Of a stretch of DNA of 64,000 bases, positions 1 to 9,092 are shown piece after piece (position 1 is the stretch's first letter; each line of letters starts with the position of its first letter). The notes beneath the pieces are model-generated. The model made no database searches, was not told the DNA's origin, and was given only the letters and a program-made list of their open reading frames with translations. The stretch covers positions 33,573 through 97,572 of the forward strand of contig JAZSHQ010000057.1 of assembly GCA_045533335.1 (NCBI GenBank). The letters are read 5' to 3'. The position numbers and the translations under genes were made by a program. Origin of the DNA: Eubacteriales bacterium. GTDB lineage: Bacteria > Bacillota > Clostridia > Oscillospirales > CAG-382.

Positions 1-52
1 CTAATAAGCATATAGCGAAGGTTATGAAAAAATTCTTAAATGCAGAGGACAA
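1..52 (-). CDS. possible 5' end of a CDS leaving the window (TTG start, hydrophobic N-terminus MSSAFKNFFITFAICLL)
   Basis: RBS AAAAGGAGA (complement of 60-68) lies 7 nt before a TTG at 52..50. A consensus promoter sits upstream. Only 17 codons are visible. Confidence 0.25.
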   Translation of the reverse strand, partial: MSSAFKNFFITFAICLL

Positions 53-85
53 GACCTCATCTCCTTTTAACTGTGTTTCTAAACG

Positions 86-114
86 ATTATACACCAATAT
101 CGCCGTTTTGTCAA
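86..114 (-). promoter_or_regulatory. sigma-A type promoter (TTGACA-17-TATAAT) reading leftwards
   Basis: Minus-strand TTGACA at 114..109 and TATAAT at 91..86 with exact 17-nt spacing. Confidence 0.45.
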
Positions 115-136
115 TCGAATTGTTTTGCCTCCGCGC

Positions 137-165
137 TTGACAATTAAAGAATATAACGCTATAAT
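137..165 (+). promoter_or_regulatory. sigma-A type promoter for the solute-binding protein gene
   Basis: TTGACA at 137-142 and TATAAT at 160-165 with 17-nt spacing, divergent from the promoter at 86-114. Confidence 0.55.
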
Positions 166-234
166 ATAGAATATTATACATTAACACGGCATTAATATGG
201 AAAATTGCCTGTTGTGACAGCGAAAGGAACTGTT

Positions 235-1725
235 ATGAAAAAGTTTTTGATTTGCCTTCTCGCTATCGTTATGCTCGTTCCGCTTATGGCGGCGTGCAAC
301 GGCGGTGAAGAGGATTCCTCGGTATCCGAAGAATCAAAGGGCATTGCTCTTACAACACCCGTTATCGACCTTGGCGGCAGGGAAATAAACGTGCTTTGCC
401 ATCATTTCGGCGCGGGCTCTACCTCAATACTCGGCTATACGGGTGAAATTATTTACGAAGAGGAAAACCCCTCGTCGGTGGACGATGCAAAGAAGCAGGT
501 TGTCGATTATATCGAAACCACCTACAACTGCACCATCAAGGGCGAAATGGTAAGCGATGCTTCCACCTCGACCAACGTTCCCGACCTTATTAAAAATCAG
601 GTCTCCTCGGGTCTTCACACCTACGATATCTGCTTCGATTCTCTCGGCAGAGCATCTACCTTGGCGCTCGAGGATATGATAGTCGACCTTAACTCGGTAG
701 AAACTATCGACCTTTCGAAGCCTTGGTGGGACAAAAACGCCGTGGAAGACCTTTCTATCGCAGGTAAGGTTTTCTATGCTTGCGGCGACATCAATACCTA
801 CGACGATCAGGGTACTTGGTGTATTCTTTTCAATAAAAACCTCAAAAGCAAGCTCAATATCGAAGAGGACTTTTATCAGCTCGTAAAGGATAATAAGTGG
901 ACCTACGATAAGCTTGTGGAAATCTGCACCGAAAACAAGGTTACCTACGATTCGACGGGCGACGGCGTTCTCGATGAATTCGATACCTGGGCATTCGGCA
1001 CCGAAACCTACAACATTTACGTTCACCTTGTAGCGGCAGGTCAAAAGATTGCGCAGAAGGACGAAAACGATCTTCCCTATCTTACCCTTTCCAAGGAAAC
1101 CGAAGCGACCTACACCATTCTCGGCGACGTGCTTGAATTCTATAATAACGAAAATATCGTTATGGTGGCGAACAGCCCCAAATACGAAGCAAAGTATCCC
1201 GCTCCCCAGAACGTTTGGGAATCCACGGTACATAAGTCGTTCGTAGAAGGCAGAGAGCTTTTCTATATGTGCGGTCTTATCAACGTTGCGTCCTTCCGTC
1301 AGATGGAAGACGAATTCGGCATACTTCCTATGCCCAAGTATTATGAAACTCAGGACAGATATTACCACACCGTTTCGCGCGATAACGCTTCGGTTATGTT
1401 CCTTCCCGTTACCCACACCGCGGAAAGTCTTAACGAACTCGGTACGGTTATTTCGGCAATTTCGGAATACTCGATGCACCTCGTAACCCCCGCATATTAC
1501 GACGTTCAGCTTAAATACCGCGACTCGCGCGATGACGAATCGGGCGAAATGCTTGATCTTATCTTCGATTCGCGCACTTTCGACCTTGGCTGTGCATACG
1601 GCTGGGGCGGCATTATGGGTCAGTATATGCTTCTCGACCAAAACGTTGCTTCGCGCTTCGAATCGGTGCTTACAAAGGCAGAAACCGAGCTTCAGGATAT
1701 GCTCGATTCGCTTGATTTTCAATAA
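235..1725 (+). CDS. ABC transporter extracellular solute-binding lipoprotein (large sugar-type SBP)
   Basis: ATG at 235 follows RBS AAAGGAA. Lipobox LMAAC. Length and motifs (PWWDK, YYDVQLKYRDSRDDESGEMLDL) are paralogous to 62180..63679. Confidence 0.8.
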   Translation: MKKFLICLLAIVMLVPLMAACNGGEEDSSVSEESKGIALTTPVIDLGGREINVLCHHFGAGSTSILGYTGEIIYEEENPSSVDDAKKQVVDYIETTYNCTIKGEMVSDASTSTNVPDLIKNQVSSGLHTYDICFDSLGRASTLALEDMIVDLNSVETIDLSKPWWDKNAVEDLSIAGKVFYACGDINTYDDQGTWCILFNKNLKSKLNIEEDFYQLVKDNKWTYDKLVEICTENKVTYDSTGDGVLDEFDTWAFGTETYNIYVHLVAAGQKIAQKDENDLPYLTLSKETEATYTILGDVLEFYNNENIVMVANSPKYEAKYPAPQNVWESTVHKSFVEGRELFYMCGLINVASFRQMEDEFGILPMPKYYETQDRYYHTVSRDNASVMFLPVTHTAESLNELGTVISAISEYSMHLVTPAYYDVQLKYRDSRDDESGEMLDLIFDSRTFDLGCAYGWGGIMGQYMLLDQNVASRFESVLTKAETELQDMLDSLDFQ

Positions 1726-1746
1726 TAAGCAATAGCTTAAACCTAT

Positions 1747-1774
1747 CTGCTCCCGCCGTTTTTGGCGGGAGCAG
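1747..1774 (+). terminator. 11-bp GC-rich hairpin after the SBP gene (no clean U-tract)
   Basis: CTGCTCCCGCC-gttttt-GGCGGGAGCAG. Confidence 0.4.
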
Positions 1775-1904
1775 ACAACAACATTTTTAAAAGTTTGTGT
1801 GTTCAAACATACGAATCTACGTATTCAAGACCCCTAAGGTTCGCGTGGTTGAACGTATAAATTTACAATCACATACACTGCGAAACTAAAAAAGGAGAAA
1901 GCCA

Positions 1905-2741
1905 ATGGGGATTTTCGAAGCGATAATATACGGAATAATTCAGGGCATAGCCGAATTTTTGCCGATATCGAGCTCGGGGCATCTTGCGCTGGCGCAGAAC
2001 TTTTTCGGCACACAGACCGAAAGCAGCTTTACGTTCAATATCGCGCTTCACCTTGCGACCCTTGTTTCGGTGTGTATAGTATTCCGCAAGGACGTGCTTA
2101 TGCTTATAAAGGGCTTCTTTTCGCTTGTAAAAAAACTGTTCACCGGCAAAATAAAGCAGGGACTCACAAGCGGCGAAAGGCTGTTTTTAATGCTTTGCGT
2201 TGCAACGCTTCCGCTTATACCCGTAAAGCTTTTGGGACTTGACGAAGCGGTAGAGGCGTTGAGCGGCATTTCGTGGGCAATAGGAATATTGCTTATATTC
2301 AACGGTGCTATGCTCGTGGCGAGCGACCGTTTAAAAAGTAGTAACGTAACCGCAGAAAACGGCGGCTATCTGCGTCCGCTCGGTGTGGGCGTTATGCAGG
2401 CATTGCTCGGCATACTTCCGGGTATTTCGCGCTCGGGCTCGACAATTACGGGCGGCAGAGTGTTCGGCTATAACCGCGAAGAGGCTGTAAGATTTTCGTT
2501 TTTAATGTCGATACCCGCAATATTGGGCGCTTGCGTAACCGAATTGCCCGATATGTTCGAGGAGGGCGTTTCGGCATCGATGCTTGCATCCGTGCTTGCG
2601 GGCGCCGTGACCGCGGCGGTTGTCGGATTTTTCGCGATAAAGCTTTTGCAGTATCTCACCAAAAACAAAAGCTTCACCTTTTTCGCGGTCTACTGCATAA
2701 TAATAGGCGTTGTCGCGATAGCGGCGGACGTGTTGATGTAA
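1905..2741 (+). CDS. uppP: undecaprenyl-diphosphate phosphatase
   Basis: N-terminus GIIQGIAEFLPISSSGHL and the PGISRSGSTI motif are typical of BacA/UppP. Polytopic membrane protein. Confidence 0.93.
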   Translation: MGIFEAIIYGIIQGIAEFLPISSSGHLALAQNFFGTQTESSFTFNIALHLATLVSVCIVFRKDVLMLIKGFFSLVKKLFTGKIKQGLTSGERLFLMLCVATLPLIPVKLLGLDEAVEALSGISWAIGILLIFNGAMLVASDRLKSSNVTAENGGYLRPLGVGVMQALLGILPGISRSGSTITGGRVFGYNREEAVRFSFLMSIPAILGACVTELPDMFEEGVSASMLASVLAGAVTAAVVGFFAIKLLQYLTKNKSFTFFAVYCIIIGVVAIAADVLM

Positions 2742-2753
2742 AAGGAGTCTGAA

Positions 2754-5177
2754 GTGGCAGATAAGAAAAAAAGCAAGACGAATAAAACAAATACCAAAAA
2801 AACATCGGGCTCCAAGCAAAAGGAGATAAAGGTCGACCGTTCGGAAATAATCCGTTGGGCGGTCGGCTTTGTCGCGTTTTATATAATACTTACCTTTTTT
2901 CCGTTTATGAATAACGGCTGGTTCGGAGGCGCGATCTCCTCGTTTTTAAAGGGCCTTTTCGGACCGATGTATTACGTTGTTCCGTTTCTCATACTTATTA
3001 TCGATATTTTGTGGAGCAGAGATCACGAAAACAACGTGGCAAGAATAAAATATCTGCTTTATTTCCTTGAATTCGTGTTCATATCGATAGTTGTGCAGGT
3101 TGCTGTCGCAGGCGGCGACGATATGGCACTGCGCGAGCTTTACCCGAAGGGAATAGAGCTTCAGAGCGCAGGCCTTGTCAGCGGCGCGGTGGCTGTGATG
3201 TTTATAAAGCTTATCGGCGCGACCGCTTCTATGGTGCTTGCGATATTGGGCATATTTATCTGTACCGTGTTGCTTTGCGGAGCAACGCCGAAGGATACAG
3301 TTATGGCGATAGTCAACTATTTCCGCGATGCGGCGGAGCGTGCAAAGGAAGCGCGCGAGGAAGAGCCCGACCCGATTCCCGAGCCTGCACCGAGGCGCAA
3401 AAAGAAGGAAGAGCCCACAGAGGATATTACCGAGCCGCTTCCCGAAGACCCCGCTTCGGATGAAGACGACGATTTTAAAACACTTTTGGAATACGACGCG
3501 AAGAGCGATACCGAAATCGGTGCGGAGCTTCCCGAGGACCCGCAGGCAAATCAGGACGAGCTCCCCTTCGAGCCCGACCCGATTCCCGAAGATATTCCCG
3601 AAACCATACCCGAAATTATAGAAGAAACCGAAGACGAAGAGCTTTGTTTAGAGCCTGTCGAAGACACCCCCTACGTGTTCCCGCCCATATCTTTGCTTAC
3701 GGCAGATACCGCTAACGGTGCGGGCGGCCCTACGGGAGCGGAGGTCGAGCGCACCAGCCGTAAATTGGAAGAGGTGCTTGCAAGCTTCAACGTTAAGGCA
3801 AAGGTGGTTAATTCCACCTACGGTCCTACCGTTACCCGCTACGAGCTTCAGCCTGAAACGGGTGTAAGAGTAAAGGCGATAGCAAACCTTTCCGAGGATA
3901 TCGCGCTTCACCTTGCGGCAACGGCGGTAAGAATAGAAAATATTCCCGGCAAGGCGGCGGTGGGTGTTGAAATACCGAACAAATCCACCTCGACCGTGCG
4001 TTTGCGCGGGCTTATCGATAACCCCGTCTTCCGCGAGAATAAGAGCAGACTTTTCTGCGCGCTCGGCGAAGACGTTGCGGGTAGCCCCGTTTATCTCGAT
4101 ATTGCGAAAATGCCCCACCTTCTCGTTGCAGGCGCAACGGGTCAGGGTAAATCGGTGTGCATTAACTCGCTTATTATCTCTCTGCTTTACCGCAACCACC
4201 CCAACGACGTAAAGCTTATACTTATCGACCCGAAAACGGTTGAATTTTCGGACTATAAGGATATTCCGCATCTTTTGGTGCCGGTTATCAACGATCCTAA
4301 GAATGCGGCGGGTACGCTTAATTGGGCGTGCACCGAAATGGAAAACCGTTACAGACTTATTCAAGAAGTCGGCGCGCGCGACCTTATGGGCTATAACAAC
4401 GCGGTCGCAAACGACCCCGAGCGTGCACTCCTTCCTCAGATAGTTATTTTCATCGACGAGTTTGCCGATTTGATGATGACGGCACCCGACGACGTTGAAA
4501 CCTCGGTTTGCCGCCTTGCACAAAAGGCGCGTGCGGCGGGCATACATCTTGTTATCGGTACTCAAAGACCTTCGGTAGACGTTATTACCGGTCTTATCAA
4601 GGCAAACATTCCCTCGCGTATCGCGTTGACCACCACCTCGGCGGTCGACTCGCGTACGATTTTGGATATGACGGGCGCGGAAAAGCTGCTCGGTAAGGGC
4701 GATATGCTTTATTACCCCGTCGGTGCGATGAAGCCTTTGCGTGTTCAGGGCGCGTTTGTCGACGGTAAGGGCGAGGTTGCCGCTGTGACCCAGTTTATAA
4801 AGGAAGCGGCTCACGCACAGTACGACGAAAGTATTATGCAGCAGATCGAGCAGGAAGCAAAGCTTTGCGGTATGAAGGGCAAGAAGGGCGCAGCCGCGGC
4901 AGAAGCTTCGGACGACGGCGACGACAAGACCGACCCGATGTTTATGGATGCAATAGAGGTCGCAATAGAGTGCGGCACGGTTTCCACCTCTTTGCTTCAG
5001 CGCAGACTTTCGCTCGGCTATGCACGCGCGGCGAGAATTATCGATAAAATGGAACGCCGCGGCTTTATCGGCGAGTTCGATGCCGCAACCAAAAAGCGCA
5101 GTATCCTTATCACGCGCGAACAGTTTGCCGAATTAAAGCTTAACGGAGAGGGCAAGAAGGAGGATAGCGATGCGTAA
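2754..5177 (+). CDS. ftsK: DNA translocase FtsK/SpoIIIE
   Basis: GTG start after AAAGGAG. N-terminal TM segments, acidic/proline linker, Walker A GATGQGKS, and a C-terminal gamma winged-helix (LLQRRLSLGYARAARIID). Confidence 0.93.
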   Translation: MADKKKSKTNKTNTKKTSGSKQKEIKVDRSEIIRWAVGFVAFYIILTFFPFMNNGWFGGAISSFLKGLFGPMYYVVPFLILIIDILWSRDHENNVARIKYLLYFLEFVFISIVVQVAVAGGDDMALRELYPKGIELQSAGLVSGAVAVMFIKLIGATASMVLAILGIFICTVLLCGATPKDTVMAIVNYFRDAAERAKEAREEEPDPIPEPAPRRKKKEEPTEDITEPLPEDPASDEDDDFKTLLEYDAKSDTEIGAELPEDPQANQDELPFEPDPIPEDIPETIPEIIEETEDEELCLEPVEDTPYVFPPISLLTADTANGAGGPTGAEVERTSRKLEEVLASFNVKAKVVNSTYGPTVTRYELQPETGVRVKAIANLSEDIALHLAATAVRIENIPGKAAVGVEIPNKSTSTVRLRGLIDNPVFRENKSRLFCALGEDVAGSPVYLDIAKMPHLLVAGATGQGKSVCINSLIISLLYRNHPNDVKLILIDPKTVEFSDYKDIPHLLVPVINDPKNAAGTLNWACTEMENRYRLIQEVGARDLMGYNNAVANDPERALLPQIVIFIDEFADLMMTAPDDVETSVCRLAQKARAAGIHLVIGTQRPSVDVITGLIKANIPSRIALTTTSAVDSRTILDMTGAEKLLGKGDMLYYPVGAMKPLRVQGAFVDGKGEVAAVTQFIKEAAHAQYDESIMQQIEQEAKLCGMKGKKGAAAAEASDDGDDKTDPMFMDAIEVAIECGTVSTSLLQRRLSLGYARAARIIDKMERRGFIGEFDAATKKRSILITREQFAELKLNGEGKKEDSDA

Positions 5178-5589
5178 ATATCTGTTAACCGCGTTGCTCT
5201 TACTCTGCCTTTTGCTTTCTGCCTGCTCGAGCGCGAACGAATATAAGCTCACCTATACCTCCGACGGAAGCAGTAATATCGAATATATTTATTACGATGA
5301 TGAACGCGTGGTATATGTTGTCGGCGGTTTGATGATGGCAGAGGTCGACGGCAGCTCAAAGATGCTTGAAATGGCGTTGAAAGAGGGCGATATAACCGTT
5401 TCGGATATCCTCGCTTCGGCGGAAAAGGATGCCGAAAACGGCGATCTCCCGGTTAACACCTATCCCGACGGAAGCAAGGATTACCGCTACGAAGGCTTTA
5501 CGCTGGTGTCGCTGAATACCCACCTCGGCAACCGCGATATATATTTCGTTCCCGCAGGAATGGGATATTACGATGTGACGAATTCGTAA
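5170..5589 (+). CDS. hypothetical lipoprotein
   Basis: Signal peptide with lipobox LLSAC. Overlaps the ftsK stop by 8 nt. Confidence 0.6.
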   Translation: MRKYLLTALLLLCLLLSACSSANEYKLTYTSDGSSNIEYIYYDDERVVYVVGGLMMAEVDGSSKMLEMALKEGDITVSDILASAEKDAENGDLPVNTYPDGSKDYRYEGFTLVSLNTHLGNRDIYFVPAGMGYYDVTNS

Positions 5590-5711
5590 AAATCCGGTAT
5601 AATTTAAAAACCTTAACGTAAAATATAAAAAAAGTTCAAAAAAACGATTGATTTTAACGCAATAGTGTGTTACACTTACAATACAAACAACCCTTTAAGG
5701 AGGATATGATT

Positions 5712-6224
5712 ATGTTTTGCTCTCAATGCGGAACAAATAATGCAGACGGCGCGGCTTTCTGTGCAGGTTGCGGCGCACCCTTGGAAAATGAACAGACTGT
5801 AAAGCAGGAAGCTCCTGTGCAGGATACTCCCGTACAGCCCGAAGCGCCTGTATATCAGGCACCCCAAAACGATTTCCAACCCTCGTACAATCCTACTCCC
5901 AACCCCGAACTTCCCGGTAAGGGAATGGGCATCGCAGGTATGATCCTCGGTATCGCTTCTATCGTGTTTATGTGCACCTTCTACCTCGCTCTTCCCTGCG
6001 CTATCGTAGGTCTTATCCTTTCCTGCAGCGCAAACGGCAAGGCAAAGAAGGCTGGAATGAAGAACGGCTTTGCGGTTGCAGGTATCATTACCTCTGCTAT
6101 CGGCCTCGGCTTGGTTGTTATCTATCTTATTTTCGCGGCTATCGGCTTCGGCATTTTGGCTGAATACGGCTACGAAATCGAAGATTTTATGGAATACACC
6201 GTTTTCCGCAGATTCTTTAAATAA
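5712..6224 (+). CDS. zinc-ribbon / DUF4190-like membrane protein
   Basis: MFCSQCG..CAGCG zinc ribbon, proline-rich linker and two TM helices. The ATG at 5712 has the best spacing from AAGGAGGA. Confidence 0.65.
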   Translation: MFCSQCGTNNADGAAFCAGCGAPLENEQTVKQEAPVQDTPVQPEAPVYQAPQNDFQPSYNPTPNPELPGKGMGIAGMILGIASIVFMCTFYLALPCAIVGLILSCSANGKAKKAGMKNGFAVAGIITSAIGLGLVVIYLIFAAIGFGILAEYGYEIEDFMEYTVFRRFFK

Positions 6225-6278
6225 AACGCAAAAAAGGGGTTGCTGTTTTACAGCAACCTTAATTTTTAAGGAAAAGCT

Positions 6279-6578
6279 ATGAATTCACAAAAAAATTTAC
6301 CCGAAAATAATAAAAACGCGGCAAAAACGCTTGCCGTAATGTCGCTCGTTTTGGCTGTGGCGGCGTTTTTCGTGTCCTCGGTGCTTTGCTATGTGTTCGG
6401 CTGTTTGTCGATCGTTTTTGCGGCGGTGGCAAAAAAGCTTGGATATTCGGGCAAAATACCCGTAATCGCAATCGTTTTTGCGGCGGTGGCGGTGATTTTG
6501 CAGCTGCTTTTCGATATCTTTTTCGATTCACTTGTCGAAAAGGGGTTCGAATTTATCCTTTCGCAGTTAGGTTGGTAA
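6279..6578 (+). CDS. small DUF4190-like membrane protein
   Basis: 99 aa with two hydrophobic helices and an internal repeat (VFAAVAKK / VFAAVAV). Confidence 0.5.
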   Translation: MNSQKNLPENNKNAAKTLAVMSLVLAVAAFFVSSVLCYVFGCLSIVFAAVAKKLGYSGKIPVIAIVFAAVAVILQLLFDIFFDSLVEKGFEFILSQLGW

Positions 6579-6581
6579 ACT

Positions 6582-6950
6582 ATGAAACGCCGATTTATTG
6601 ATATATTTCTCGATATATTAAAGGCGATCTATATCGCCGCGCTCGTTGTGCCTTCGGCGTTTTTGTTTTACCGCGCAACAGAATCGCACCTTTACGATAT
6701 CGCGCATCTCGGCGACGAAGGCTATCACAGCGGCTTGGGGCTTTTGGTGTTTCTTTCGGTATTGTTTTTAATATTCGTCGGCTTGTGCGTCCTTTTGCTT
6801 ATCGGGCTTGCGATACTTATAACGCGGTTTAGTACCACGCAAAGAAAGAAAAGCCACACGCGTTTTTTCCTTTGGCTTCTGCTCGCCCCGCCCGCAAACG
6901 TGTTTACCTACGTTATCGCAACGGTTTTAATGCTTTCAATTCTAAAATAA
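6582..6950 (+). CDS. hypothetical membrane protein
   Basis: 122 aa with 3-4 TM helices, tightly spaced after the preceding gene. Confidence 0.5.
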   Translation: MKRRFIDIFLDILKAIYIAALVVPSAFLFYRATESHLYDIAHLGDEGYHSGLGLLVFLSVLFLIFVGLCVLLLIGLAILITRFSTTQRKKSHTRFFLWLLLAPPANVFTYVIATVLMLSILK

Positions 6951-6975
6951 AAAAGACGGCTGTTGCCGTCTTTTT
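6950..6975. terminator. bidirectional intrinsic terminator
   Basis: AAAAAGACGGC-tgtt-GCCGTCTTTTT between convergent genes. Confidence 0.75.
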
Positions 6976-7444
6976 ATTTGTGGTATTTTTTGCCGTTGTT
7001 TATCGCAAACGCGCGGTAGACCTGCTCGGCAAGCATAACGCGCGCGAGCATATGGGGGAATGTCATTTTCGACATCGAAAGGCGTATATCGCATTCGCGC
7101 TTTAAGGCTTCGTCGAGCCCGAACGAAGATCCGATTATAAAGCATATCGGGCGTGTTTCGTTTGCGAAAACGTTTGCCAGCTCGGGGCTCGATAACTGCT
7201 TGCCCTCTATGCACATCGCGATCTTCAAAGCGTTTTTGGGTATGGCTTGGCGAATTAATGCGGCTTCCTTTTCAAGCGCGCGGGCAATAAGCTTTTCGGA
7301 ATCCTCACCAAAGCAGGATTCCTCTTTTATGCATACCGTTTTGTAATCGCAAAACGCCTTTAAACGCTTGATATATTCGGCTTCTGCATCTTTAAAATAT
7401 TTTTCTTTAAAGTCGCCTACGTGGATTATAGTTACAGAGTTCAT
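6974..7444 (-). CDS. rlmH: 23S rRNA (pseudouridine1915-N3)-methyltransferase
   Basis: 156-aa SPOUT protein with the typical RlmH N-terminus (IIHVGDFKEKYFKDAEAEYIKRL) and C-terminus (MTFPHMLARVMLAEQVYRA). Confidence 0.9.
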   Translation of the reverse strand: MNSVTIIHVGDFKEKYFKDAEAEYIKRLKAFCDYKTVCIKEESCFGEDSEKLIARALEKEAALIRQAIPKNALKIAMCIEGKQLSSPELANVFANETRPICFIIGSSFGLDEALKRECDIRLSMSKMTFPHMLARVMLAEQVYRAFAINNGKKYHK

Positions 7445-8034
7445 TTGTGCGCCTTCTTTCTTTTGGCAACTGTTTTCTTTTTGCGCACCGAGAAACCGAA
7501 ATCTCCTATCTTTTTGCCGAGCGTAAAGTAATCGCCGTGCGAATACGCCAAAAGCTCGGCGCGCTCGAGCATAAGCCTGCCGTTTTCGTCGATGATCGAT
7601 TCATCGACCGAAACGGCAACAATATCGGCAATAAACATATCGTGCGAGCCGAGGGGAATTATTTTATCCACCTTGCATTCAAGCGTGAGCGGGCTTTCGG
7701 CAACGCTTTTGCATTCCACTGCAAAGGAATCGGATTTTGTAAGCCCCGTTTGCTTGAATTTGTCGGTATCCTTGCCCGACCTTACGCCGCAAAAATCAAG
7801 CGCACGCACCATTTTGGTGTTCGGCAGATTAACGCAGAATTCGCCGCTTTGCTTTATAATTTCGTATGAATAACGCTCGGGGCGCACCGAAATATAAAGC
7901 TTCGGCGGGTGTGTAGCACAAATTCCCGTCCAGCCGATAGTTATTAAATTGTCGGTTTCGCCGTTCCCGCAGGAAACCAAAACCGCGGGCACGGGCGCAA
8001 GCAACGCCCCGCCCTTCCACTGCTGTTTAGCCAT
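7441..8034 (-). CDS. flavin reductase family protein
   Basis: Flavin reductase-like FMN-binding fold motifs (LAPVPAVLVS..NLITIGW). 4-nt overlap with rlmH. Confidence 0.75.
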   Translation of the reverse strand: MAKQQWKGGALLAPVPAVLVSCGNGETDNLITIGWTGICATHPPKLYISVRPERYSYEIIKQSGEFCVNLPNTKMVRALDFCGVRSGKDTDKFKQTGLTKSDSFAVECKSVAESPLTLECKVDKIIPLGSHDMFIADIVAVSVDESIIDENGRLMLERAELLAYSHGDYFTLGKKIGDFGFSVRKKKTVAKRKKAHK

Positions 8035-8063
8035 AATTTACCTTTATGATGAAGAATAACATA

Positions 8064-8197
8064 TTTTTCAAGGACAAGTGCCTTGAAAAATATACCTTGG
8101 AGCTTCGAACATTCGGACAAGCGGCAAAGCCGCGCGCACGAATGTTGCGCGAGCGAACGAAGCTCACAAAAGCCGAGCGAAAAGATGCTTTTTGCTC
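8064..8197 (+). ncRNA. structured intergenic element, family 1, copy A (candidate ncRNA or REP-like element; strand tentative)
   Basis: Four helices: 8064-8073/8081-8090, 8108-8115/8139-8146, 8121-8125/8129-8133 and 8175-8183/8189-8197. The linkers GACAA, GCGCA and GCGCGAGCGAACG are shared with copy B. Confidence 0.5.
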
Positions 8198-8211
8198 GAA
8201 AGCGAAGCGCT

Positions 8212-8278
8212 CGCCCCGCCCTTCCAATGTTGTTTAGCCATACATTTTACCTATATAATGAAGTATAATATATTTTCA
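8212..8278. repeat. about 66-bp direct duplicate (roughly five-sixths identical by hand alignment) of 8005-8070 (flavin reductase start codon, RBS and upstream)
   Basis: Both copies read CGCCCCGCCCTTCCAnTGnTGTTTAGCCATA...ATGAAGnATAAnATATTTT. The second copy keeps an ATG GCT AAA CAA decoy start. Confidence 0.8.
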
Positions 8279-8980
8279 TCGAAATAGAAGCGCATTTACA
8301 ATCTCATAAGCCAAGCGCAACCCTGCAGTTGCGGGGACGAAAACCGCGCTTGAAGGGGTGGCGCGCCCTGTAATTTCGTTCCTGCCTTCTATGCACTTGC
8401 TCGGCGGCTCGGTAGAGCAAACGACCGTTAAAGCATCTACACCGCGTGCGCGGAGCTCCTTGCGCATAACGCGCGCCAAGGGGTCACCCTCGGTTTTATA
8501 AATATCGGTTACGGTTATTTGCGAGGGGTCTAATCGATTGCCCGTACCCATCGAGGATATTATCGGAACGTTTGCGCGCTTCGCGCTTTGAATAAGCAAA
8601 AGTTTCGAGGTAACGGTGTCGATACAGTCGGCGATATAATCAAACTGCGTAAGGTTGATGCTTTCCGCCGTTTCCGCCGAATAAAACATATTTATGCCCG
8701 TAATTTCGCAATTCGGGTTAATATCTTTTAACCGTTCGGCACAAACCGTTGCCTTTTCGCGCCCTAACGTTGAATTAAGCGCAATAAGCTGGCGGTTGCG
8801 GTTGGTTTCCGAAACCGTGTCGCCGTCGACAACCGTTATTTTTCCGACACCGCACCGCACCAATGCCTCGGCACACCACGAGCCGACACCGCCCACGCCG
8901 AACACGGCAACGCTTGAATTATTCAATTTTTCGGCACCGTCTTCGCCGATAAGCGGAAGCGAACGTTCAAGTAAACTCAT
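8276..8980 (-). CDS. tcdA: tRNA threonylcarbamoyladenosine dehydratase (ThiF/MoeB family)
   Basis: Rossmann motif VFGVGGVGSW and ThiF-family length and architecture. Confidence 0.8.
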   Translation of the reverse strand: MSLLERSLPLIGEDGAEKLNNSSVAVFGVGGVGSWCAEALVRCGVGKITVVDGDTVSETNRNRQLIALNSTLGREKATVCAERLKDINPNCEITGINMFYSAETAESINLTQFDYIADCIDTVTSKLLLIQSAKRANVPIISSMGTGNRLDPSQITVTDIYKTEGDPLARVMRKELRARGVDALTVVCSTEPPSKCIEGRNEITGRATPSSAVFVPATAGLRLAYEIVNALLFR

Positions 8981-9000
8981 AAATGCACCCGGAATAGTTT

Positions 9001-9035
9001 AGATAAAAGATAAAAGATAATAGATAATAGATATT
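9001..9035. repeat. tandem heptamer (AGATAAW) x5
   Basis: agataaa agataaa agataat agataat agatatt, 21 nt upstream of the tcdA start. Confidence 0.85.
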
Positions 9036-9092
9036 TGTTGGTAAATGAAAAGTTTTGCGGGGTGCGGGGGTTAATATACGATGAGAATAATG

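Noticed and set aside
424-1806. Very long ORFs antisense to real genes. Examples are 424..1806, 15011..15901, 16334..17941, 19749..20858, 21465..22451, 24725..25699, 27921..29087, 50002..51180, 55266..56357 and 62072..63700.
   Set aside because: Each lies entirely opposite a CDS with clear family motifs. Their translations are low-complexity and rich in Arg, Phe, Val and Gly, with no motifs, no RBS and no signal of their own. They are typical shadow ORFs caused by codon bias.
8027-8268. Small ORFs inside element A (8027..8227, 8046..8237, 8083..8268) and inside element B (9035..9340, 9142..9414).
   Set aside because: They are overlapping, mutually exclusive frames across a structured repeat, with no RBS. 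The conservation between copies follows base pairing rather than codons.
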